Shown piece by piece: positions 20,474 through 31,041 of a stretch of DNA of 64,000 nt. This DNA is from Diplonema japonicum. Taxonomy: Eukaryota > Protista > Euglenozoa: Diplonemea. The stretch spans positions 682,001-746,000 of the forward strand of contig OZ025652.1 in the NCBI GenBank assembly GCA_964019335.1. The letters run 5' to 3'. The first letter of the stretch is position 1. Every line of letters begins with the position of its first letter. The notes beneath the pieces are model-generated. The model searched no databases. It had not been told where the DNA came from and saw only the letters and a list, made by a program, of their open reading frames with translations. A program made the position numbers and the translations under genes.

Positions 20474-21718
20474 TTATGATTCACTCTTTATTGGCAAACA
20501 GCTATTCTCATGCTTCAATAAGCCACCGACGGTTCCAAGGACCGAACTGCACAGGTCAAGGACTTCAGGGTGATGGTCAGAATCGCTTTGTGTTGTTTCT
20601 CTCCCTCCCCTCTTATGATGTGTCGCATACCCCAGAATCTTGAGAAGCTCGGTGTGCTGTGTGGTCAAGGCTTTAAGTTTGAGCTCTCTCTCCAAATCGA
20701 GTTGCCGCTTCTCCCTTAACGGCGACTCATTGGGAGGTGATGCCTTGCTGCAAGGTGTGTCCGGTGTGACGCTCCTCTGTTTAGCAGGGCGTATGCTGCC
20801 ACCTGCTTCCTCCCACACAACTTTCGGTGAAGATGGAGGTGTCTGCACGGGCGTTGTTGCCACCGACATTGAAACCTTTGTCTCCTCTGTCTCCGGTAGG
20901 TCTGAGATTGTCTTCAATGATGACAGCAGCTTGTCCCACTCTTTCTCATTCGTGTTGTCCCGTGTGGCTGCCGACAGCAAATTCAACTGCCGCTTCTTAA
21001 CAGTTTTGACAGAAGGAGAGTGGAACTGTTTCTGCATAAGCCCCGTTGTCGCGTACCGTTTTGCAACCGCAGCACCATGCAGCCCAAACTGCGCGAGGTT
21101 GACTTCCCCTGGCTGGTTACTCTGCGTCTCCCCTGTGTCACCGAAGACTTCCAAGTCAGTATGCCGGGCAAAGTCCTTCGAGTCTCGTTCCGACCCCCCA
21201 CCCCCCCACGGCTTCAGTGAATCGTTCTCTGTTGCATGCAAAGATGGAGGAGGAGGCCATGAAGACTTATTGGGATGCATAATAGGGGTTACCGGCTCTT
21301 CCGACTCCTCCTGCTTTGGTTTGTATAAAGGACATTCCGAAAAGTCCCCGGTCCTCGTACGTGAGAGGGCGGGGCTCTTAGAGCCGCCCCATCGTCTCAA
21401 GGAAGGGGATGCTGAATGGCGCCTTTCTCTGGTAGTTCCCCGACGCTCTGTTCTGGGAGACCCCCGCCCGTTCACAACAGGTGCTTCATGTTTTATCCTC
21501 AATGGAACCCTCTCCTTCCATCCCCCATGGTCCACGCGCCTTCTGTGCCACCCATCTGGCTCTCTGTTCTCGTCGTTCCCGGACCGCGAATGATCCGCTG
21601 TTTCAACTTTCGGGGTCGGCTTTCCACCTGGCGGAAACCGGAGCATCATCCCCCCCTTCAATGTGGAATACGTAGGCAAGGCGGAAAAGGTATATAATAA
21701 AGAGACATAGTTTGTCAT
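20474..21718 (-). CDS. Hypothetical protein, largely disordered with C-terminal coiled coil (start may be 21649)
   Basis: 414-aa ORF, coding-like composition, same strand as the cluster. Confidence 0.65.
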   Translation of the reverse strand: MTNYVSLLYTFSALPTYSTLKGGMMLRFPPGGKPTPKVETADHSRSGNDENREPDGWHRRRVDHGGWKERVPLRIKHEAPVVNGRGSPRTERRGTTRERRHSASPSLRRWGGSKSPALSRTRTGDFSECPLYKPKQEESEEPVTPIMHPNKSSWPPPPSLHATENDSLKPWGGGGSERDSKDFARHTDLEVFGDTGETQSNQPGEVNLAQFGLHGAAVAKRYATTGLMQKQFHSPSVKTVKKRQLNLLSAATRDNTNEKEWDKLLSSLKTISDLPETEETKVSMSVATTPVQTPPSSPKVVWEEAGGSIRPAKQRSVTPDTPCSKASPPNESPLREKRQLDLERELKLKALTTQHTELLKILGYATHHKRGGRETTQSDSDHHPEVLDLCSSVLGTVGGLLKHENSCLPIKSES

Positions 21719-21721
21719 TTG

Positions 21722-22692
21722 TTATGAAACAGTCTCGTGCATCTGGGTGAGCTTGTTGAGGACGCCAGCGTACTCTGTTTCAAGGAGGGACCGCGCGTAT
21801 TGCTCTTCAAGAGAGGCGTGGTGCTCGTGGAGGAGTGATGTGAACCACGTGGGGAGGTCTGAGAAGGTAGGATGTAGCTGCTGCATCTTGAACGCAGTGA
21901 GGAGTTCGTCGAATTGATCCTCGAGCATGCCCCGCCCGTGCCGCTCGTCTTCCCAAATCTTTTTTCTCGCCTTGAATACCTTCCGGCGCTGCTTCAGTCT
22001 TGCCCGTCGGGCAGATGGGGTGATGGGCTCAGGACTTTGCACCCCCGTGGCAGCAAGTCCTCTTTTTACTATTTTCTTCAAAATACGGAAATCATGTTCC
22101 GGGAACCATTCTTCTTTGAAAAGGCTGAATAGACGGATGAGGGCTTCCATGGCTTCTGTGACCATCACCGCCGTGCAAGCAGGGGACATGAGCATGAGGA
22201 GCTTGCGGGGGGTGTCACCGCACGATAAGGTGTTGGAGCGCCTGAGGTTGCGGCAGAGGTCCATCCATGTCTCGTATTCTTCCGTCGAAATAGGAATGAA
22301 GGGGTTAAGGTGAAGGGTCAGCTTGTCGAGGGCAGTAGCGTCCTCTTCACTGGACCACATATGGTCAGACGTATCAGACGTGCTCGTCATGGAGTGCTCC
22401 CTAGCACGCTCCTCTTCGATCTTTCTTTCCAACACCCGTGCCACACCTCTTCCCCCTTCCCCCCGTCTTCGTACGCACTCCAAGAACTTCTCCATCTTCA
22501 CTATCTCTGGCAGTATCATGTTTTCTCTTATCGCTCGGTTCATCTCCATAGCTATCACCTCAGTGCTCTGTCTTCCGTCTCGTATTTCGTCGAGCTGTGT
22601 GTCTTCTTCCCTCCCATGTCACATACGATGTACTGGATGCATTCGTTCTTGTACCCCTCCAAGAGAGCCTCATCCGTGGTGCTGCCAGACAT
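21722..22692 (-). CDS. Hypothetical helical protein
   Basis: ATG 22692, intron 22595-22626 (GTATGT..ACACAG) joins in frame to the 278-aa ORF. Confidence 0.7.
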
Positions 22693-22770
22693 TTTAAGGC
22701 AGCGACCTTTAAGTAGGTGTAGTGGGAGAAAAAAAAAAGAACGTAAGATAGGATATTGTTAATTCTAGTG

Positions 22771-23634
22771 TCAGTCGGACTTAACCTTTTGGGTTGTGTC
22801 TTGAGGGGTGGGCGGTGCCTTCTTTGCAACTGTGACTGGGACAGTACCAGGCACGAGCCAGGTGAGGGGGTGCACCCCGAGTACTTCGCTCATGTTCAGC
22901 AAGAAGCCCCGTGAGAAGGACGTGGGATCGAGGGTCACGTTCTCGTCATAGGAGGTGGTGTTGTAAAAGAGGCCTGAGAAAGTGCAACCAAAGAACGAGA
23001 AGGCGAAGACGAAGAACCCAAAAGCGGCAAGTGAGTAAGTGACTAGGAATACGGCAAGGTAGGGGTCCCCTACTGCAGGACGTGATCGATAGACCTGGCG
23101 TGAGGGGGGCTGCAGCTCCTGACCGAGGGGCAGGTAGAGCTCCCTTGGGGACGACATTAAGTAATGGTACACGGAAAAGAAGTAGTGGAGGATCAGAAAG
23201 GAGATGTAGAAAAGGAAAAGGGCAAAGTACTTGTGGTTAGCTTGTCCCACACAGTTGTCGATCCAGTCACAGTGGTGGTCGAAGCGAGGCACGCAGCAGC
23301 CGCATCTTCTGCAGTGGTGGGTCCTAACAGGTTTCCAGTCTTGGCAAGGTCTACACCACGACAACTCTTTGTCAACGGGTTCCTGATTTGACCCGTTCCA
23401 GCCCTTCGGAATCACACCAGGGCTCACCAAAGTTGAACCCCACAAACACCACAACACCATGAATGCCCCCACACGGGCCGCCCACACCTGTCGCGATTGC
23501 CATTCTTCAGACTTCATCCCCGCACTTGGTATCAAGACACAAGCCACCAACCAGTAGTAAACACCAATCAGCACAGTGATCAAGAGCTGTAACCACAGAC
23601 TCTGTCCTTCTCTTAATCGTTGCCATTTAAACAT
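22771..23634 (-). CDS. DHHC palmitoyltransferase (PFA3/PFA4-like)
   Basis: WCRPCQDWKPVRTHHCRRCGCCVPRFDHHCDWIDNCVGQANHKYF, 4 TM segments, NTTSYD/NMSEVLG motifs. Confidence 0.93.
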   Translation of the reverse strand: MFKWQRLREGQSLWLQLLITVLIGVYYWLVACVLIPSAGMKSEEWQSRQVWAARVGAFMVLWCLWGSTLVSPGVIPKGWNGSNQEPVDKELSWCRPCQDWKPVRTHHCRRCGCCVPRFDHHCDWIDNCVGQANHKYFALFLFYISFLILHYFFSVYHYLMSSPRELYLPLGQELQPPSRQVYRSRPAVGDPYLAVFLVTYSLAAFGFFVFAFSFFGCTFSGLFYNTTSYDENVTLDPTSFSRGFLLNMSEVLGVHPLTWLVPGTVPVTVAKKAPPTPQDTTQKVKSD

Positions 23635-23751
23635 CCCGACCTGTGGGCTAGGTTATCTAGTAGGCAGCAATTCTTTTTCTTTTCTTTTGGTTCATCCAAT
23701 TTTATAAACAGGGATACATCTAAGTAGGAAGAATAAAAGAAAAACGGTGGT

Positions 23752-24693
23752 TCACCCCCATGTCAGTATATTACCGTTGCCTGCCCAACGTTGGGCTGGT
23801 TGGCATTTCTTGCTGTTCGTGTGAACGGCTGCACCACGTTCGCCTGTGCCCGCTGTCATTATGGGAGCTGGTTGGGTGTGTTGGTATATGGTGGCGACGA
23901 CTTCTTTCTGAGGGGGGTGTTGCGGGCGTGGTTTTTGAGGCGGGGGCGTTCGTGAGGCTAGTTCGGATTTAGAGAAAACCTTGATGCCCATATTGGAGTT
24001 CGCTTCTGCGGCGGGTGGGAGTTCGTGGTGCCTACGCCCACGGGGGGACTCCGCTCTGTTGGAACCTGCACCAGAGAAGGCTGTGAAGCCCTTCGCAGGT
24101 ATGTCGGGGGTGACCCTAGCCCGCCCTGTTGGGGGGCGGGGGTAGGGCGGGCCTGCATTCACAGCAGCGGCAGCAGAGGCGCTGTGGTCCGCTTCGATAT
24201 GCCGTCTCCCAAATGTGCGGGGCGTCATCGTACGTGCCTGCTCCACGTGAGCACTGGGGTGCATCCGCCGTGTTGGCGCAGCGCCTCTAGGTGTGCCAGG
24301 ACCTGCCTTTATCATCTTCGCGTGGTAGTCCATTGCAGACGCCGCCTGCGCTGCCTTTGGACGGTTCCCATTATACTTCTCAACTTCAACACGACCTTCA
24401 CCAGAATGCACGTACTTTTGGCACATTCTATCCGGCTGCGCCAACCCCAACCTAATATTCGATTCAGTGTGTGGAATGTGTTTCTTCGTCCGCAGGGTTT
24501 CCTCTGCGGAGAGCTCGGCCACCTTGTCCCGCACTGCCGCCTTGACTGGCTTGGCCGTCTTCGCACTGGTGGTAGTTTGCTCCTTCATCTTCATTGTGGA
24601 AGGTTTTTTCAATCGCTTCTCTCCCACACCTCCATACATGGTCTGCATGGGCAGTGTCACCCTGTCCGTCTTGGCTGTTGACGTAATAGTCAT
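23752..24693 (-). CDS. Hypothetical basic low-complexity protein
   Basis: ~313-aa ORF from first ATG; TPR/SPR-rich. Confidence 0.65.
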   Translation of the reverse strand: MTITSTAKTDRVTLPMQTMYGGVGEKRLKKPSTMKMKEQTTTSAKTAKPVKAAVRDKVAELSAEETLRTKKHIPHTESNIRLGLAQPDRMCQKYVHSGEGRVEVEKYNGNRPKAAQAASAMDYHAKMIKAGPGTPRGAAPTRRMHPSAHVEQARTMTPRTFGRRHIEADHSASAAAAVNAGPPYPRPPTGRARVTPDIPAKGFTAFSGAGSNRAESPRGRRHHELPPAAEANSNMGIKVFSKSELASRTPPPQKPRPQHPPQKEVVATIYQHTQPAPIMTAGTGERGAAVHTNSKKCQPAQRWAGNGNILTWG

Positions 24694-25827
24694 CTTCTTC
24701 CTACTGGGTTCCGGGTGTGGATGAGTCAAGAGAGAAGAGGGTCGTCATAGTCAGGGTGGTAGGTATACCACAAAGAGATTTAAGAGTAAAACACAAAGGG
24801 GTAAAAGAAACAGGGGGTGTGAGGGGGGGGGGGGGGGGGGGGGAGTTTTACCATAAATTCTGACCACATCTAATAGGGATATATGATTGTTTTTTTCTTT
24901 ACTTTTTTTTTTGTTTTTGCTTGTGTCTCCCTTCTAACTCGTCCGTTTGTTTTTCGAATGGGAGAATGAGGAAAGCCACAACCCAGGAAAAAGGAAAAAA
25001 AAAAAAAAAAAAAAAAAAAAGCTTAGTAAACTCCGACCATACTTCACAACAACAGGTCGTGGTGGTAGTGGGGGCAGGGGGAGGGGGAGGTCAAAAGCTG
25101 TCCACATTAGCATCTTTTCAATTCTATAATAAGTTGGTAATCTTTAGAAATGTTTGGGATTTTGTACCAGTGGCTTGACATGATATTTCCTGTCGTCGAA
25201 AACGACTCACTTGTATCACCATACCCACTCGTTAATTTAAAAACTCCACAGAATCGTGCAGTTATTCATGGGTTTTTGTGAAATGAAAAACGAAAAAAAG
25301 CTTAGTGTGAAAGCCTTGTGGACACATAGATATTCGACCTCTCTGGGAGGGAAAAAAAAGGGGGGGGGGCACTGGGAGTAATGCTCGCTTCCACAAAACA
25401 AAAAAAAAGAAGGAGAAGGACAAGGTGCTTTTTTTATTTATTATCATTCCCCTTTTTTTTTTCTTTAACCCCTCTTTTCTTTTTCTCTCTTCGATCTTTT
25501 TCTTTCTTTTGAAAAAAAAAAAGTTCAATAACAAAACCCCATTCCAACGCGACCAGGCCCATGCTCCTCATAAGGGAAAGGGAGCAGAAGGGAAAGCCTA
25601 GAAAAGACGAGATGAGAAGAAGAAGAAAAAGAAGGGAAGGTGAGGGTACATTTCAAATCTATCGGAAGAAGCGGATGGAGGATGGAGGTGGGAAACTGTT
25701 TTTTTTTTCTCTTTTTTTTTTTCGTTTCTCTTATTTTTTTTTTTATCAACTCCGGGCCAGACATAAAAGGAAGGAGAAATAAAAAAAGGAGAATAACTAA
25801 CACAAAAAAAAAAAAAAAAAAAAAGAA

Positions 25828-26147
25828 TGGGGCTTTGATTGCAACACTAGGTGGCGTGCAATGAAGCACGAACTACCTACTTGATTACAGAGGGCGCTCC
25901 TCGGCCGAGCAGTAGCTTCTTCTGCGTTCCGCGTCGTGTCCTTAATGCGTGCGGTGTGCTCAACCCTAGCCGGGGCGTCCCGGGTAACCAAGATTCTGCG
26001 CTCGTGCAGTTTGCTGCCTGTTCGTCACCCTGAGCATCTGCGTTACGTTCTTCCACTCGGGCGCTACCGGTGATGACCGACGAGGAGGTCAACAGCGAAC
26101 AACACATCTGATGTACTTCTTATATTTCCATGTTATCCCCACCACCT
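25828..26147. mobile_element. ~320-bp interspersed repeat, CpG-intact copy
   Basis: Colinear with 61265-61591 and partial copies at 56152-56363, 57678-58020 and 61820-63585; flanked by A-runs on both sides. Confidence 0.9.
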
Positions 26148-26188
26148 AAAAAAGAAAAACACATCATTAATATTTTTTTTCTTCTTTT

Positions 26189-29100
26189 TTACCCATAAGG
26201 CGAATTGGGTTCGATCAGCGGCGGTCGGGCCAGAGAAGCGACAGCCTGATCCACATCGTTGTTTATCTAGTTTTAATGTGTTCTTACAATAAATAAATAA
26301 ACAAAGAACATACCTTTCTTCGCAGCATTTCAAGAGTTTCCACTACAAGAGATGTCCTGTTTGGTTCATCAAACACTTGACTGCTGAACTGTTGGCTCCC
26401 GAAGCTCGACTTCCTCAGTCCAACGGATTCGCCCTGGAAAGAGAGAACACTCGCGCCCTTGGCCCCCTCGGTGATGCGCTTGAACGAAGCACCCTCGTCG
26501 CCCAGCACCGTGACCACTCTGTCCTGGTCGACATGCCACTCATGAAGATGAGCGCTAACATGTGCAGGTATGCCTTTGTCCTTGAAGATGTCGATTAACT
26601 GTTTTACCACATTGTCCTGCGTGTGGTGATTGAACTCAGGGTCCTTCACGAAGATGGTGACGTGGTCACGCTCCGATTGTGGGTCCCTGTCCATAGCAAG
26701 GTTGATGATGTCGAAGTGCATAGCCTCATGCATCCACGCAAATACCGCAGTCAACGGGCACCAGACCTGCGTTTTATTCACTCGTGGGTACTTGTACACG
26801 AACACAAACTCACCAACGTGTTCCCCCTCGCTCACCTCTGGCGTGAACCCATAGATGGCAGGGGCGTTCTCGCTCCGCAACGACTTCACCATTGCCTTGC
26901 CCTTTATCCCGTTCGCCTCGAACTGACCAGACAGCTTCGTCCTGATGTCCGCCAGCCTGCTGTGAGATGGCCGTCCTGGATGCAACAAGTCCCTGCAGTA
27001 CAGCATCTGTGATTATTTTTTTTTTGGTAAACTTATGTTATCTTTCTTTTTAAACACACCGTAATGCTTACAGGGTCCCGGCTACCGGCAGAGAACACAT
27101 GGTACATCTTTGCCTTGTGAATGTCCAGCTTTAGCATCTGGAGGATGTTGAAGATCTGCACGATGAACTCCATGTGGTGGTCGCCCATCACCTTCACGGC
27201 GATGAAGTGAGACTCGTCCTCGAAGTCCTTCGTGTAGTGCACGCCAGGTCTGAAGCGGTGCCCTGTGACGTGCGACGTGTCGTGAAGGTTCTCATGCGCT
27301 TCAGGGAGCTTCAACGGGATGAACTTAATAGCTGTAAGGTCACGGGGCGCATCCAGTCTGAAGAGGGGGAGCTCTGTGTTCCTGTCGGCTGGCGTGGGGT
27401 ACGAGTCGATCTCATGGATGACATTCCAGTTCTCGGAGTCCACTTGGGATGTCCCTTCCAGTCGCCAGGAGATGGGCTCGCTGGCGTTGTCTGAAAGGTC
27501 GCGTGCTGTCACGAAGGTGTACCCCACCACCTTCTCGGGCTTGGCAAGGTGGATAACAAGCGGCTGTTGGTTGCGATCCGTCCATCGTGTGTCCAGGTTT
27601 TTCTTAAGAGAACCCTCTGGGCGCTGCATGGCGCTGGGATTGTCGCCCCCTGCATTTGTAGCCACCGCATTTTTCAAATTTATTTCACCGTTCTCGCCCA
27701 GTAGCTTGAATTCACCGATCTGCACTGCCTTCTTCATAACGATGGGCACCATCATCACCTGGCCGTCTTCGTCGTTCAACACTTCGAAGATGTGGTGCCT
27801 TATGCTCTCGAAGGCCTCGTCGTCCAGGTCGTCATTCGGTGTCTCTGTCTTAGTTGTCACTGTCGTCGTCATGATGAACACAGTCCCGTCCGTCTCCACA
27901 TTGCTGTTGTCGGCCACCAGCCCCATCTCCTTTAGCGCAGACAAGACATCGTGGACAATGAAGGGAACATACTGCCCCTTCACCTTGAGGCGGAAGCTGA
28001 AGATACTGCTTTGCCCCGATAATATTCGCTCTTCTGCTCTTCGTTCTGACATCTTTCCTAAGAAAAACTTGAACCCGAACGGTGCCACTAAGGTCGCTAA
28101 CAGGAGCGCCCACATGCATATGCTGTAAACCTTGTTGCTCATCATCTTTCCGTAAGGTGGGTACCCCGTCTCGTAGTCTGCCGTGTAGGCGGTTCCTGCT
28201 ACCAGATAGGCGAACTCGCCCCTCCCCACCATGGCAGTGCCCACGACCCATCGGTACGGGTCTTCGGCAGCTAAACCACAGAGCAGCTTTGACAGAATGC
28301 AGGGACCAATGGCACAGATCATGCCCAAGTAGAAGGATTCAGCAGTCATCATGTCGTCTATTGGGATGGAGAAGGCCACAGTGGCACCGAAGAAGAACCT
28401 CCCCAGCCATTTTGCGATGCGCTTCATTTGTCTGGTCCACACTTGTTGGGAACGGGGGACAACGCTGAAGCTTATGCCCGCAATGAAAGTACCCAAGAGG
28501 TGCGAGCCAATCAGAGAAGAGAGGTAGCCGTAGAGACCAAGTACACCGAACATCATCACCAGCAAGATCTGGTGCACCGGGTGGAAGGATGACCCGCCAT
28601 CCTGGAAAGGGAGGAGCTCCACTAATTTGTGAATGAAACCGGGGAACACCTTGAAAGCTAGCACTCCACCGACAATGAGAAAGGCGAGAGAGTAGACAAC
28701 AGGGAGGATGATGACGTCGGCACCAGCGCCCTTCTCTGCAAGGTTGATGAGCACAAGGTGTGTGATGATAGTGATGAAGTCGTCGATGAAGGCCCCCGTC
28801 ACGATGGTTTGCCCGAAGAGGGAGTCGAGTTGTTTGGCTTCTGTCAAGAGCTTCAAAGCAATGCCCACACTAGTTGGCGCCAGTGCGCATCCAAGGGAGA
28901 AGCCGTCTGGATAGAGAAACTGGCTGTGGTCTTCCAGGCACCCGGTGCCTTGGCACTTCAACGTCAGCGTTGATGTCATGGAGTCGTTACGGGGCAACCC
29001 GGCACCCACAGCAGTGCTGCTGCTGCTTGTTCCGTACGCTAAGTAGACAAAAAGCAATCCCCCACCTATGGGCAGCACAGTGCCCAGCACAGCGACGATT

Positions 29101-29375
29101 GCTGACCGCACTACAACGAGATTCAGCTTCTCCATGTGCAGGTGCATCCCACTTTCAAAAATCATAAGTGTCACTCCTATGTTCCCCAGCAATTTAAAGA
29201 ACTCCATGTGATCATGCTTTAGCAAGTTGGCCATTTCAGGCCCTAGCAGGACACCCACCGCAACTTCACCCAGGAGGGGCTCTAAGCCCAGCTTCTGGCA
29301 AACCCACCCCGCAACATAGAGTGCCGCAACAAAGCCACTGACGCTGATAAGCTCCCCGAAGTCAGCGCCACCCAT
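26189..29375 (-). CDS. CPA2-family cation/H+ antiporter with ACT-like and F5/8C (discoidin)-like C-terminal domains
   Basis: LLGEVAVGVLLGP, LMIFESG, LAPTSVGI, GAFIDD, AMVGRGEF motifs; introns 27007-27059 and 26267-26313; stop TAA at 26189. Confidence 0.88.
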
Positions 29376-30295
29376 ATTGCACTGCGTGTGTGTGTGTGTG
29401 TTTTTGAATCACAAAAAAGTATGCAATAATGAAGGGAAAAAAGGAGAGGGAAAAGCGCTTAAGTTCTTAGAAAAAAAAAAAAATACGGTTACATATTCTT
29501 CTCGAAATTATCGACGAAGAACTTTTAAAAGGAAAAAGAGGAATAAAAAAGGGTAGTGTTGAAAGTTATTGCAACAGAGGAGCCACCTCCCCCCCCAAAC
29601 ACAGACACACCTTCCTTCATGGATCAGTACCCTCGAAAGAGCCACATGAAGGGGTGTATTTTTTGGGAGAAAGGACAACTCTGGCAGAAAAACAACAAAT
29701 CGAGAGAGGGAAAAGAAAGAAAGAATTCACTGCGATGGTGAGTGTTAGCAACAAGCCCATCTAAAGAAAAAGAAAGGAGGGAAATATATAGGAGAGACTG
29801 GGAGATCCGGGAATCCCTCATCCTTCCCCCTTTTTTGCAAACCCATTCCCCTGCTGCTGGGAATAAAAAAAATGAAAAATTGAAGATTTTCGAAATAGAA
29901 AAAAACACCAACAAAAAAAAACACCGTCCCTTTTGAGATACAGAAGGGGGTGGTTGCTATTGTGGTAAAAAATAGAGGGGGGGCCTCTTTTTTCTTCTCT
30001 ATGTGAGCTCGTCCGGGAAAATATGTCAACAAACGACCCTCCGCTGCGGCGGCAAAACCCCGTTAAATTTCTAAGAGCCGGGGCTCTGCGGAACCATATG
30101 TTTTAGTTGCAAAGCCTGCCACCCTCGTGGCAACAAGGGTTGCAATTGAAAAAACGGCAACAGGTACAGGTACTGGTTGCAAACGCGTTGCTGCCCTTTT
30201 TTTGCTCAAATAATCAAACAAAAAAATTCGAACTACCAAAAAAAGTGTGGACATTTTAATCCGAACCATCACATATATATTTTTTCTTCCACCTA

Positions 30296-30925
30296 TCACT
30301 CTCTTCTCTCCCTCCTCTCAATTCTCCTGGGGAGCTCTGCAGTGGTTGCGAACATGATCCTCCCGCAGAGGGCGAGGCAGTCCCTCCCATTGCACTGCGG
30401 GTGGCAGCCATCATGCGTGACGTCGAAGCACTCCTCGTCTGCCCCGCAGGTGGTGGGGTGGATCCCGCCGCAGGCCTGACCGGTTGTCTTCGCGCACACC
30501 CCGGGGCAGTCCGCACCCCCGCAGTCAGGGTTGCACTCCTTCCTGTACATGCAGGTCTCCCCAGTCCCGCACTGCAGCCCCACAAAACCCCCGCACTCCT
30601 TCTCCACCTTCACCTCGAAGCCAGGCAGTCCCTCCCGTTGCACCCTGCGTTGCACCCGTCAGCCACAGTGTCCACACACATCTCCTCTCCCTTGCACTTC
30701 AGCCCAGCGATCCCCCCGCACTCCCCGTACTTCCTCTTCGCACAGATCCCCCCGCAGTCCGCTCCCCCGCACTCCTTCACACACCCCGTGTTCCGAGGGT
30801 CCGGGATGCACTCCAACCCAGAGGGGCAGTTAAGGCCTGCGATCCCCGCACTGGATCGGCTCCGCTGCTCCAACCACAGCTACCACAGCCATCATCACAG
30901 ACAACAAAGCAAGAGGGGAGCTCAT
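30296..30925 (-). pseudogene. Secreted Cys-rich repeat protein (CGGIAGLxC...GGADCxGIC x4) with two frameshifts (pseudogene or assembly error)
   Basis: Signal peptide from ATG 30925. G4 instead of G6 at 30844-30847 gives TAA at 30830; a further 1-nt loss near 30625. The repeats continue in the shifted frames. Confidence 0.7.
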
Positions 30926-31041
30926 TTTGTGGGGTTTTGTTCTTTTGTTTTTGTAGGGAATACGGTAAAAAGTAACCTTTTTGTTGTGTGGGTGTCATGA
31001 ACAACTACAAAAAAGAAATAAAAGCACATTGTGTAAGAGAT

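Noticed and set aside
25845-25858. CTCF-like motif ACACTAGGTGGCG
   Set aside because: CTCF is bilaterian-specific; the motif is simply part of the repeat's hairpin.
25885-25915. HDV-like ribozyme / trypanosomatid Pr77 retroposon signature (CTCCTCG)
   Set aside because: Could not build the nested double pseudoknot; no similarity to the ingi/L1Tc 5' signature.
25877-26107. Recurrent 60-100 aa ORFs in the 320-bp element (MCCSLLTS...)
   Set aside because: Interrupted differently in each copy, changes dominated by CpG decay, no transposase or RT motifs.
26068-26112. Box C (TGATGA) and box D (CTGA) motifs suggesting a C/D snoRNA
   Set aside because: Only about 40 nt apart, no terminal stem or recognisable rRNA guide, and part of a high-copy repeat.
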